Shown here in pieces: positions 1 through 9,823 of a stretch of DNA of 64,000 nucleotides. Source of the stretch: Podarcis tiliguerta (Eukaryota); NCBI GenBank assembly GCA_965153285.1, contig OZ229114.1; one strand, given 5' to 3'. The stretch's first letter is position 1. Every line of letters starts with the position of its first letter. The notes below the pieces were generated by a model. The model saw only the letters and a program-made list of their open reading frames with translations, was not told the DNA's origin and searched no databases. Position numbers and translations under genes: made by a program.

Positions 1-89
1 TTCGCAAACTGGAATACTTCCTTCCGGGTTTGCAGCATTTGGGAGCCGAAACATCCAAGTACCAAGGTGTTCAGGATCCAGTTTGACTG
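1..89. mobile_element. Right end of a Tc1/mariner (Tigger-like) MITE cut by the window edge
   Basis: Ends in GTTTGACTG followed by TA; shares an internal CTTCCGGGTTT motif with the element at 40807. Confidence 0.45.
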
Positions 90-414
90 TATAATCTTAA
101 ATCTGGTGCAGAGAAGTCTTTCCCTGACCCACAACTTCTCCATTCTGCCAAGAGTTTGCTAGAATACAGCCTGAATCCTGCTTTTCTTTCTCTGAGGTAC
201 CTTTCAGCCTGATCACTGTGCTTCTTAGTCCTACTATTTCGCCACAGTTTTTGCCCCCATGCTGAGCTTGTCACCAGCAGCCCCATTGCCCCCTGGCGTA
301 AGAGTTAAACTACATGATTGGAAAGCTTGATTGCGTGGTGATGCTGTTTCCCCAGTTTATGTTTGACATAGCACAGTGTATGCTGGTCTCTCAGCTCCGT
401 TTTCACTCTTGCAG

Positions 415-499
415 GAACTGTGAAAACAATGCCCCCTTGTGGAGCACCCTTCACCTGGGTGAGGTCATCCCTCTGGATGAGATCCTAAACACCAGCAAG
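415..499 (+). CDS. prominin-like coding exon (85 nt; [28 protein letters not shown])
   Basis: ttgcag acceptor, gtcagt donor; same size and Cys position as the PROM1 85-nt exon. Confidence 0.85.
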
Positions 500-3400
500 G
501 TCAGTGATGAGTGTCTGTAGCTGAACTGAGGCAGCCACAAGAGAAATTGAATGACCAGCAAGATTAGTGTCCTCAGATATGCTCTGGGTTAGTTTAAAGT
601 CCAGATCTGGGGCATATCTTCAGCCACCTGGAGAACCCCAGAGAAGTGTCCTGGGAGACTGGATTGTTATGTACCCTGCACCTACTTGCCTTGTTTTTCT
701 TTTGCTCTTACAGTACACCGATAATATTGATGCAGCCTTAAGAAAAATAAATATCAGTTTGGGCTCAACTGAGCTCCTGAAGGAGGAGCAGAAGCGTCGC
801 CTGCAGGAACTGGGCTCAAAGGATGGGCTGAACCTGAATTTTTCCAGTGCTCTGAAACAAGTGAGATGAGAGGGTGGAACAGCTTATCACAAGATGATTT
901 CTTTTCTTGATCTTTATGGGGTTTGACATTGTCTGGTATCTTGTGAGATATGTCACATCTGAAAAAGAGTCGTGTTTTGTTTTTTTTTTAAATAAAAAGG
1001 TTAGGCCATTCAAAGTAGTTTAGATTGCCTAATAGGACTAGTGACTTGCCTAGAAAATGATATCATTGCCAGTAATAGTAGTGTAGGCTCCATCCCCACA
1101 GAAAAATGAATGCCCTTCATGCTTGCTGGGGTATGAATTGCTGCAGGAAGGAATCCGTCAGCTGGGATATTCTGATTAACTGACAATGGAAGGGTCGTTG
1201 GGTTGATGATGTCAGCATAGGTTTCTGGCAGCTGCTCAGTCTGTTCAGGAGAAAGGATAGTGTCCGGAAAGGGCTTTGGGTGCAGCCCAAAAGGAAAGCC
1301 GTTCCCCAACAAAACCTGTGCAGGTTACTGAGTTTAAGAAAATCTCAAAGACATCTGTATAATGAAATCATGCCATTCCACATAAATAAAAGCAGCAGTT
1401 AACACGTAAACAGGACAGGATTTGCCTGGTGCCTAAAAGCAACGACGAAGATGCCCGGCAGATCACCTTTGGGAGGGAGATCCATAATTGCTGCCAAGGA
1501 GTGTGGTGGAGTCTCCTTCTTTGGAGGTCTTTAAGCAGAGGCTTGACAACCATATGTCAGGAGTGCTCTGATGGTGTTTCCTGCTTGGCAGGGGGTTGGA
1601 CTCGATGGCCCTTGTGGTCTCTTCCAACTCTATGATTCTATGATTCTATGATTCTAATTAGAGCACAGTCACTAAAAAGGTACGCTCTTTGGATGGCACC
1701 CACATGTCCTTTTGTAGGTGAGGGCACCCAGAAAAGAGCCTCTGATTGTTGTCTCACAGATCATTGGAGGTGGAGGGATGAGGTGAGCTTTCTCTTCCCA
1801 GAGGTGTGATGTGAAATAATAATAGCTTATGTATCAATGGGTTCAAAATGAAATAAAACAAGTTGGAAAGCGGATTCTATGAAGTGTGCGAACTTAATCT
1901 GCCTGGGCCCTGACCTTACTCACTCCAATGTCTCTTGCTATCCTTGAGGAGCTGACCCACCGTGTGCTCTCTGTCCCTTTCTTTGCAGATCAACGAGACG
2001 GTGACAAAACAAGACCTGTCTTCATTGGCAGCATTTCTAGATGAATTGGCAGAAAACACAGTGAGTGGTGCTTTGATTGGGATATCCCCATTCTTCTGCA
2101 GTGCTTCTCTCCCCCAGCTCCCTTTCTAGGGGGAGGGGCCCTGTAGGTGTCTTTTTGGGATCACTTCAACCCAGAGCTGGCCCAAGACATTTTGGCACCT
2201 GAGGCGAACCACAAAATGGCACCCTCCCTGCCAGAGAAGTAGGGCTGAATGAAGATCTACATTGGGAACAAGGGGGAGAATTGAATTAATCTTATTCAAC
2301 AGCTGAAGTGGGAATGAAATGCCGTCATGGCAGGGGGAAAGGGGCCTGTTCTGAATCATGCCCCCACCATTTCCTCTCTAAGGGTGATAGGAGACCAGCA
2401 GCAACTCCTATTTGCCAAGAGGTCACTGTATTCCCCCCCCCATCTTGATATTTTATTAAGGATTTTCTTGTTTTACAGAAGTAAGTGTAATGCCTCGTAT
2501 TTTTTTCCCCCATGTAACATTTTTACAAATCCGTTTCATTTGTTGAGGCATTAGGGGGAGAAGAAAAAAAAAGGGAAAAAAAGGGGGGGTGGAGAGAGGG
2601 AAGATGGATAGGGGTGGGGTCGGGTGGCGGTGTTTCTATTATGTTTAATGTATGTAGAGTTTGGTGTCAGCGTTGCTTGTGTTGTTCACTTGTATTCCTT
2701 TGGTGGTGAGAGAGGTTGGGGTTGGCCTAGGGTGTGATTGTTTGCTTGTGATTGGCTGTGGTGATCTTTGTTTTTGTGTGTGAGTGAGGTGGGTGGGTGT
2801 TTTGGATCAGGTTAGCCACCAAGACGTCACTGTAGAGGTGGCGTGGGGGGCAGGGAACTGTTGAGGAGAGGCAGATCCAGCCCCCAAGCAGTGTGCCACA
2901 GCCGTCAGTGCCACTGCAGCAGCAGCCATGGGCATGTGTTCCTTGGATGCTGAATCGGCTGTCCCTGTGGATCCTGCTGCCTGAGGTAGTCACCTCATCT
3001 TGACTAATAGGTAGGCTGGCCCTGATTTAACCCCAGATCCTCCCTGAAGATGGGAAATAATTGCATCCCACATTGTCTCCTGGAAATGTGCCCACTTGTA
3101 TGTGTGAAAGCAGCAGAAAACCTATCAATATCTCTTCACAACGGTGGTGCTTATGAACATATTTTCAGGCAATTAATGAGACAGCTCGGAGCGATTTTAA
3201 ACTGGAGGCCAGAAGGCTGAGGAAGCTCCGGGATTGGGTCAATGACACGTTTCTTCCTCAGATGGTGAGTGCTGCTCTCCCCAAACACCTTTACCTCCTT
3301 TTGGCCCAGACCAGGTGCCGCCTTGAACAAGGCCTCTCTGGACGGTTTTGATTCTTGGCCCTACCAGGCCATAAGATGGTTGATATCTGTCCCACCTTCT

Positions 3401-6400
3401 GTCAACTCATTCCATCCAGCTCAGTGGATGGTGCCCTCTGATGAGCTTTCTCTGTCCTCAGCACATCCTGAGAAGCAGCATTCGAAAACTACAGAAGTCT
3501 GTCCCTCATATTCCGGTAAGCAGGGCAAGGTTTGAGGAAGGAGTGATCTGGGAGGTGGGGCATTGATGCCAGGCTTTCTGAATGACACCCCATTAGATAT
3601 TGGATGGGTGGGGAATCTGCAATCTTGCCAGGCCTCCTTGCATAACAATGTGAGAACTCAGGGTAACAGGTGCCAATTGGGAGTTACAGAGATTTCCCTT
3701 GGCCAGTGCTCTGTAGGGATGGGGTTTCAGAACCTGGAAGACTGTGGGAGATTGACAGAGTTGGTAGGCATCCCAAAGATGGGTGTTAATGGGGCACTGG
3801 CAGAACTATGCTTGTGTGCGTTCGGGGTCTGTATGGTGCTGGGTATGAAATGCTAAACTGCAGTCCTTCATATGTTGGACTCCCAATTCCCATCAGTCCC
3901 AGCCAGCATGGCCAATGGTCAGGACTGATGAGAGTGGTAGTCCAGCAGCATCTGAAGAGCTGCAGTTGTGCAACTCCCGCTAAAGCATACCAAAAAACCT
4001 GTCTCAGCCTTTTGATAATATACCAGCGCTGCTCCCTTATGCCCATTGGATTATGTGATGTTCTGCTCAGTGGTCTGCTCAGATCTGTATGGAAAGTGGT
4101 GGTGAGGGCAGCCCATGAGACTGGCTCTGCCAGGGAGTGAACCTGACAGTACTATGTCCTGCCAGGGTACAGCGAACGCCACGTTGTCAAAAATAGAAGA
4201 CGCTCAGATATTTATGAAGCGGCAGGCGCAGGACGTTGTCAAAAACGTGAGTCTTCTCATTATTCAACCCATTTCCTGGTGGGGGTACACAGAGGGCATC
4301 ATTTGTGCATCGCCACATAATGTAACATGGAGGCTCATCCAGAAGTCCTATAGGCCTCTAACTACGACATTAGACATGCTAGTGAACAACTCTGGGAAAT
4401 GGGAATACAGGAAATGCAGTGGAGAGGAGGGCAAGCGAAAGCGAGTGCTCCCAGGATAGGGACATGTGACACCCCAGCTGATCGTGCATTGATTAGCTGT
4501 ATTACCTTTTCCTGTACCCCATAAGACAGCCCAATTTCCCTTCCTATTCTTGGAACCATTAATGGAGCTTGGATAGGGGGATTGGAGGCCCATAACTGAA
4601 CCCCTTTCCTTGTTTGGAAGTTGTTGTCCTATCCTCTAACTTGCCCCCACCCATCTTACCTTTTTACCTCTAGGAGACTTCAGCTTTCGTGAAAACTCTG
4701 CTGGGTTTATTTGAATCATATGTAGACTGGGCAAAGAGTACCGTAAGTAATGCCAACTGCTGTTGATGGAGATTGGGCTTAATCCTGAGTGATGACAAGG
4801 TGGGAGCCTGGTTGTCCTTGCTTGTATACTTCTGCTATACTCACATCAAGACTGGATGCTTGCCTGTGGCTATGCATACCCAAGCCAGTCAACCATGAAT
4901 TTACTGGACCTTTTAGCCATAGTTTATTTATTATTTACTGGTTTAAAAGATTTATAAACTGCTTAATCAAAGCACTCTCTAGAGACGGTGCGCATAACAA
5001 AGTTGTAGTTAAAATGCAGATGAAATCTGCAAAGCAATAAAAAAGCAAGTATATATAAAACATACTGCATTTTTTCATCTATAAGATGCCCCCTATTTTT
5101 GAGGACTCAGATTTAAGAAAATGGGGGGGGGTATAAGACAACTCCTAATTTCTTACATTATTTTTAAGGAAAAAACCCTAGTCTTATACATGGAAAAATA
5201 CGGTAATTAAAACACTGATTAAATCAGTAAAACTTTAAGAACAAATATGAGTAACTAAATTATATGTCTGGGTAAGTTTGCAATAGACATCTAAAAAGAT
5301 ATGGGGCAGGGAACCTTTTCTGCCAGGCGGGCCAGAATTTTATTTCCAAATCTTTGACAGGTTACTTTGGGCAGGTGGACGTAGTTTTGACACCAGGTGA
5401 TACTGCAGTTTGAAACCTCAGTTGTCCCCATGCCCGGCTGCCTGAACTTCTGAAAACTGTCAGGAGCACTTTTGCAAAGGGCTTTCAATAGCCACACACT
5501 CCGTTTTGAATGTCCAGTTTTTGGAGGTTCAAACAGCAACACCTGGTCCTCCATTCTGGCAAGATGCCCATGCAACCTCACTCATGAAACAGGAAGGAGG
5601 AATCCTGCTGAGCTTATGGCAGCCGATGAGTGAGGGCTAATTTCTCCTGGCTTGGCTGCACTTGCCTGTTTCCTACAAGTGTGAGCAGCCAATGTAACAT
5701 TGAATCCCGTCATTCTGCCCATCAGCAGCCAGTGCAAATATCTGAGGGCAACTCCAATATGCTGACAGAACCTCACTCCTGGCAGCAATCGTGCTGCAGC
5801 ATTCTGTGGTTAACTGCACTTTCCCGATCAGCCACTTGCATTCACATGCCAGTCTTACAGCCTCATGCACAGGTGGCCCTGGAGGCATATGTAAGCAAAA
5901 TCAAGTTGAACTCGTGGGAAGTGTACTGCCATTGCCCATCTTACTTCTAGGGTGCAAGCACAGCATGAAGTTATAAGGTTGGCAATGCCAGGACAATTCC
6001 TACCATGTGCTTAGCTGGACAGGCAACATTTATGATGACATTACGACGAAGGTGTTTGACCAGGAAAGGAGTGCAGGGCTCGGGATTTTTCCTTTGGTGG
6101 TCATGATGTTTCCTTGTCTTCTTTGCTGGCAGATCAAAGAGCAGGTGGGCCGCTGTGGCCCTGCAGCCTGGGCACTGGATAGTGTGAATACCGTGGTCTG
6201 CAGCTGCGTTGTCAATTCATTGGTGAGGCAGTCAACACGAGGGATGAGCTGGGGTGTGGGAATGAGCCAGCATGGATAAGGGACAGCAGGGTGGCAGTCC
6301 GTAGGTTGAGAGATGGCGACTGCAGCCCAGGATGTAGGAGTAACTGGTAGGTGGTGGGGCCACAGAAATTGTAACTACCTTGGGCAGAGGCTGTGCTGTG

Positions 6401-8737
6401 GTTCTGGGAATCTTGCCTGGGGTGGCGCATGGAAAGAAGCTGGGGAGACATCTGCACATGGGACAGATCCCTGTGCTCTTGAATGGGCACAGGGCTGGGG
6501 AAAGTGTATAGATGTATGTGAAGGGAGCTCTAGGGAAACGTTGGGGAGATGGATGGAAAAGACACAGGTAGGCTGTAGGCGAGGCTTACCTTGCATGAGC
6601 TCAAGCAGGGTGGGAGTTAAGTGGAGAGAGACAGCGGGAGTACTGACAGCTGCCTTCCCTTCTTCTCCCCTTAGAACGCCTTCTGGTTCAGTCTAGGCTG
6701 GTGCACCATCTTTCTGCTGCCGAGCATCATCTTGGCTGTGCGGCTTGCCAAGTTTTACCGCAGAATGCACATGGATGACGTCTACACGTGAGGATGGGTT
6801 ATACTTTTGCCTGTCACCCTGCCTATGGCCATGGATCAGATGCTTTACTTCTCTCCCCCCACCCCACTCTCAGTACTGTTCACTGATTATAGGCTTGGAC
6901 ACCCCGTAAGCCCTCCACCCTCCAGTTGGTTCCATTACCTAGAAGTGCAAGTCCAGCTGTAGGGCTGCCCCCATGGTATTATTGTAAAGCAACAATCCCT
7001 CTTGTGAAAGTGTCTGCTTTTAAGATACTGATGGAAAAGTGGGTTCTCCAGGGGAAGCCTCTAGGGGAAAGTGCTAACTGCCTTCCCTAGTAAATGAAAA
7101 AGGGAATGTTTTGACTTCCCACTTGCTTATACAGTGGTACCTCGGGTTACATACGCTTCAGGTTACAGACGCTTCAGGTTACAGACTCTGCTAACCCAGA
7201 AATAGTACCTTGAGTTAAGAACTTTGCTTCAGGATGAGAACAGAAATCGCGTGGTGGCAGCGGCAGCAGCAGGAGGCCCCATTAGCTAAAGTGGTGCTTC
7301 AGGTTAAGAACAGTTTCAGGTTAAGAATGGACCTCCAGAATGAATTAAATTCATTCTGTACTCTGTACTCTGAAACAGCTTTCAACCTTTCTGGCAAAAC
7401 ATGGTCCTGTGGAAGCCACACCAATGCTGTGTTATCTGGGTTTGTTGCCGTTGTTGGCATCCATCCGTCTTGAGAGACAATGGAGCGTGCCTCCATGGGT
7501 GAAGTCAAATTGCTGTGATAGGGACATCGAGGTGACCTCTCCAGGGCACAAGTCTGCGCAGTATGAAGCAATAAAAAAAAAACCCATGACCCTGGGCACG
7601 AACTAGACTAGTGCCATCACAAGTTCAAGAAACAATTGCTCACGCGACCAGGGAGGATTCTTGCTATTAAGGCAGCATTTCAGAGGGTGCATAATTCTAA
7701 CCTTACGGCTAAACTTCTTTGCACCCACTTTGGCTGTGCGATGCCAGAAGTAGACCCAGAGAACACATGTAAGACACCTTACTATATAAAGGAGCTATGC
7801 TAGCTAGTGCTTAGGTGCATTGAGCTTGGTCGATGGACATGGGTTTTTCTGCTGTTCAACAGGCACCCAGGTTTGGCAGCACTGCTGAAAGGTTGCATTG
7901 TCCTGCCATCTGGTTCCAGTATAAGCAGTTGAGGGTTATAGTACTCTTCTTTTTAATTCCCTTGCCCACATTAGGGTTGAGGGAGCTTAGCATGCATTCT
8001 GGAAAGTCTTTGAGGAAGCTGTCATATATCCCATTGACATTCTCTTTCTTTTACTAGGGATGGTGCCATGGAAAATATGGAACTGTAAGTATCTTTTCCT
8101 ACCTCCTGTCTATGTTTGGTGTGGAGTTCAAAAGAAAGCCGCCCTAGATGTAGGAAATGACCATGCAATTTAAGTAACGGGAAGGAGGTCCAGTACTGGA
8201 GAAAGGTGCTGAACAAGACCATTTTGGGAAAGGAGTTCTGCCAATTCAAAATATGAAGCTCTCTTGCTTTGGTGTTGGTGGCTGAGACAGAAGGCATTTA
8301 ATGCTCTGCAGGGTATGCTTTTGGTCTTCTTTGCGCTAAGCTGAGCTTTCTGTTGCATGCTGGCCCCAGCTGCACAGAGGTGGTCCCTGGGGTGCTGGTA
8401 AGAGGAAGTATGGCTGGCATTGTGCACAGAACCCACCAAATCCTATCTGGGCATGAACTGAATCTTAGCTGCAGGGAATGCTTTTACAGTGGGTGGGGGC
8501 TAGGAAAGTATTCATCCCCACTTCCACTACAGGCCAATAAGAGTGATATAGACCAGAGAGATTTCTCCAAGTGTCATTAGTTTTTTTTTATAAAATCCTT
8601 ATTAGAAACCCCTTTCCGCTTCATGCCCTGCCCAACCACCTAGCCTCAAGCTTAGAGCGCTCTTTCTACTTTTCTCCCTTTGCAGATCAAGGCCACCACA
8701 TATGTTCAAAATGCCCCGAGCAGAGCTGAGGAACTAG
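415..8737 (+). CDS. Prominin-family (CD133-like) gene, 3' part: 11 coding exons 415-499, 714-860, 1989-2060, 3169-3264, 3462-3515, 4166-4246, 4674-4742, 6133-6222, 6675-6787, 8058-8084, 8686-8737; probably prominin-3 / prominin-1-A-like
   Basis: All exons have AG acceptors, internal exons have GT donors, and they splice in frame. Sizes 85/147/72/96/54/81/69/90/113 nt closely follow the PROM1 exon series. The translation includes the prominin last-TM signature [31 protein letters not shown] and the GRCGP..C motif. The paralog assignment is inference. Confidence 0.92.
714..860 (+). CDS. prominin-like coding exon ([15 protein letters not shown]...SALKQ)
   Basis: Polypyrimidine tract + tacag, gtgaga donor, 147 nt in frame. 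Confidence 0.85.
1490..1656 (+). mobile_element. CR1 LINE 3' end
   Basis: Typical CR1 3'UTR (GGGGGTTGGACTCGATG...TTCCAAC) ending in an (ATTCTATG)n tail. Confidence 0.88.
1989..2060 (+). CDS. prominin-like coding exon ([24 protein letters not shown])
   Basis: ttgcag / gtgagt, 72 nt as in PROM1. Confidence 0.85.
2431..2818 (-). mobile_element. 5'-truncated non-LTR retrotransposon 3'UTR (L1-like), copy 1
   Basis: Flanked by near-perfect 16-bp direct repeats CCAAGA(G/C)GTCACTGTA (2415-2430, 2819-2834); AATAAA on the minus strand; similar to 44999-45340. Confidence 0.65.
3169..3264 (+). CDS. prominin-like coding exon ([20 protein letters not shown]...PQM)
   Basis: tttcag / gtgagt, 96 nt in frame. 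Confidence 0.82.
3462..3515 (+). CDS. prominin-like coding exon ([18 protein letters not shown])
   Basis: cctcag / gtaagc, 54 nt as in PROM1. Confidence 0.82.
4166..4246 (+). CDS. prominin-like coding exon ([14 protein letters not shown]...VVKN)
   Basis: gccag / gtgagt, 81 nt as in PROM1. Confidence 0.85.
4674..4742 (+). CDS. prominin-like coding exon ([23 protein letters not shown])
   Basis: ctctag / gtaagt, 69 nt; F..Y..W motif of prominins. Confidence 0.88.
5065..5203. mobile_element. Tc1/mariner-superfamily MITE
   Basis: About 23-bp imperfect TIRs (CTGCATTTTTTCATCTATAAGAT / GTCTTATACATGGAAAAATACGG) flanked by TA. Confidence 0.72.
6133..6222 (+). CDS. prominin-like coding exon ([30 protein letters not shown])
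   Basis: ggcag / gtgagg; conserved C-x-P...C pattern. Confidence 0.88.
6675..6787 (+). CDS. prominin-like coding exon with the 5th TM helix
   Basis: ccttag / gtgagg; NAFWFSLG...LAKFYRRM signature. Confidence 0.92.
7132..7358 (+). mobile_element. Tigger/pogo-like MITE family A, copy with damaged right end
   Basis: TA-CAGTGGTACCTCGGGTTA start; body matches 19926-20151 (reverse) and 38986-39227. Confidence 0.82.
8058..8084 (+). CDS. prominin-like 27-nt cytoplasmic-tail microexon (DGAMENMEL)
   Basis: Long pyrimidine tract + tactag, gtaagt donor; phase 2-2 fits its neighbours. Confidence 0.7.
8686..8737 (+). CDS. prominin-like terminal coding exon ([16 protein letters not shown])
   Basis: Strong tract + ttgcag; in-frame TAG at 8735-8737. 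Confidence 0.72.
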
Positions 8738-8970
8738 CAGTTACCTTACCAATTACCTTGCCACCTATCGTTCTTGAGCAACACTGAGGATGACACATGA
8801 ATGTCTGCAGAACTGCTTTGCTTCTCTTCCCAATGCGGAACATAAGAATCACCACTCAGAAGCAAATTCTCCCGGGCCAAGTTGGCTTATCCTGCGAATG
8901 ACACCGTTAGGGATAGCTGCAAGACATGTTACACAAGAGCAGGCCTAGCTGTGTTCCCAATACATAGCCC

Positions 8971-8973
<3 letters not shown>

Positions 8974-9010
<37 letters not shown>
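8974..9010. repeat. (GT)n microsatellite in the prominin 3' region
   Basis: Direct observation. Confidence 0.95.
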
Positions 9011-9012
<2 letters not shown>

Positions 9013-9689
9013 CTGTGTGTTTCTACCCTAAAGACTAGGCTTGCAGTCTCTGCACTATGACATTTCTGCAAAGCCACAATCCTCCCATTGGGACTGTAGC
9101 TTCTTATGCCACACTGTGGCATGTATAAGTATTCTGGAGAGCCTGCCTCTTCTTTGAACACCAGTGCCTTACACAGTTATATGCCATTGAATGATCCTGC
9201 TGGCTTGGGTTGATGGCTGACTGTGCTTGCTTTCTGTCCATAATAATGATGGTGGCTCCAGCGAATGCAATTAATCCACCCAGAAGCAGCAAAACTCTTT
9301 CCCTGTCCCCATCTCTATTTGGGGTTCAGGAATGCCGTCTGATGCAGCTGAATCCAGGATTTTGTGTGACACAGCTAAAATGACTGGTTGGGGAAGCGTT
9401 TTGGCAATTCAATTATGGGCATTACAAGAAGCATCATGCTGAGCAACATGACAATCCTCCCGCAAGGAAGTGGGAGCTGACTTCAGTTTTATTGGGACTA
9501 CTTTATTTTTTTAACCCTCTATGGTTTTCTACTGTGTGTTTAAATTTACAAAGCAAAATCGTGTGCTCTAAATCTATTAATAATGAAGGTATAACTGAAT
9601 TGTGTACAATGCATTGACAATGCACTCTTATTTAAAAATGCTAAATAGTGCCTTGCTGTCTCAGGGCAATTTCTATCTATCCTTTACAA

Positions 9690-9823
9690 CAGGGGTGAGG
9701 ATCGTGTGGCCTTCCAGATGTTGTCTGACTCCAGCTCCCATTAGCCCTAGCGATCATGGCAAATGATAAGGACTTATGGAAGCTGTAGTCCAGCAACATC
9801 TGGAGGGCCATTCTCCATTCCTG
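9690..9823. mobile_element. Old palindromic hAT-type MITE (CCTCCAGATGTT...AACATCTGGAGGGCC family)
   Basis: CAGGGG...CCTG termini and hairpin arms; related copies near 3860-3975, 30420-30553, 49640-49752 and 53455-53503. Confidence 0.6.
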
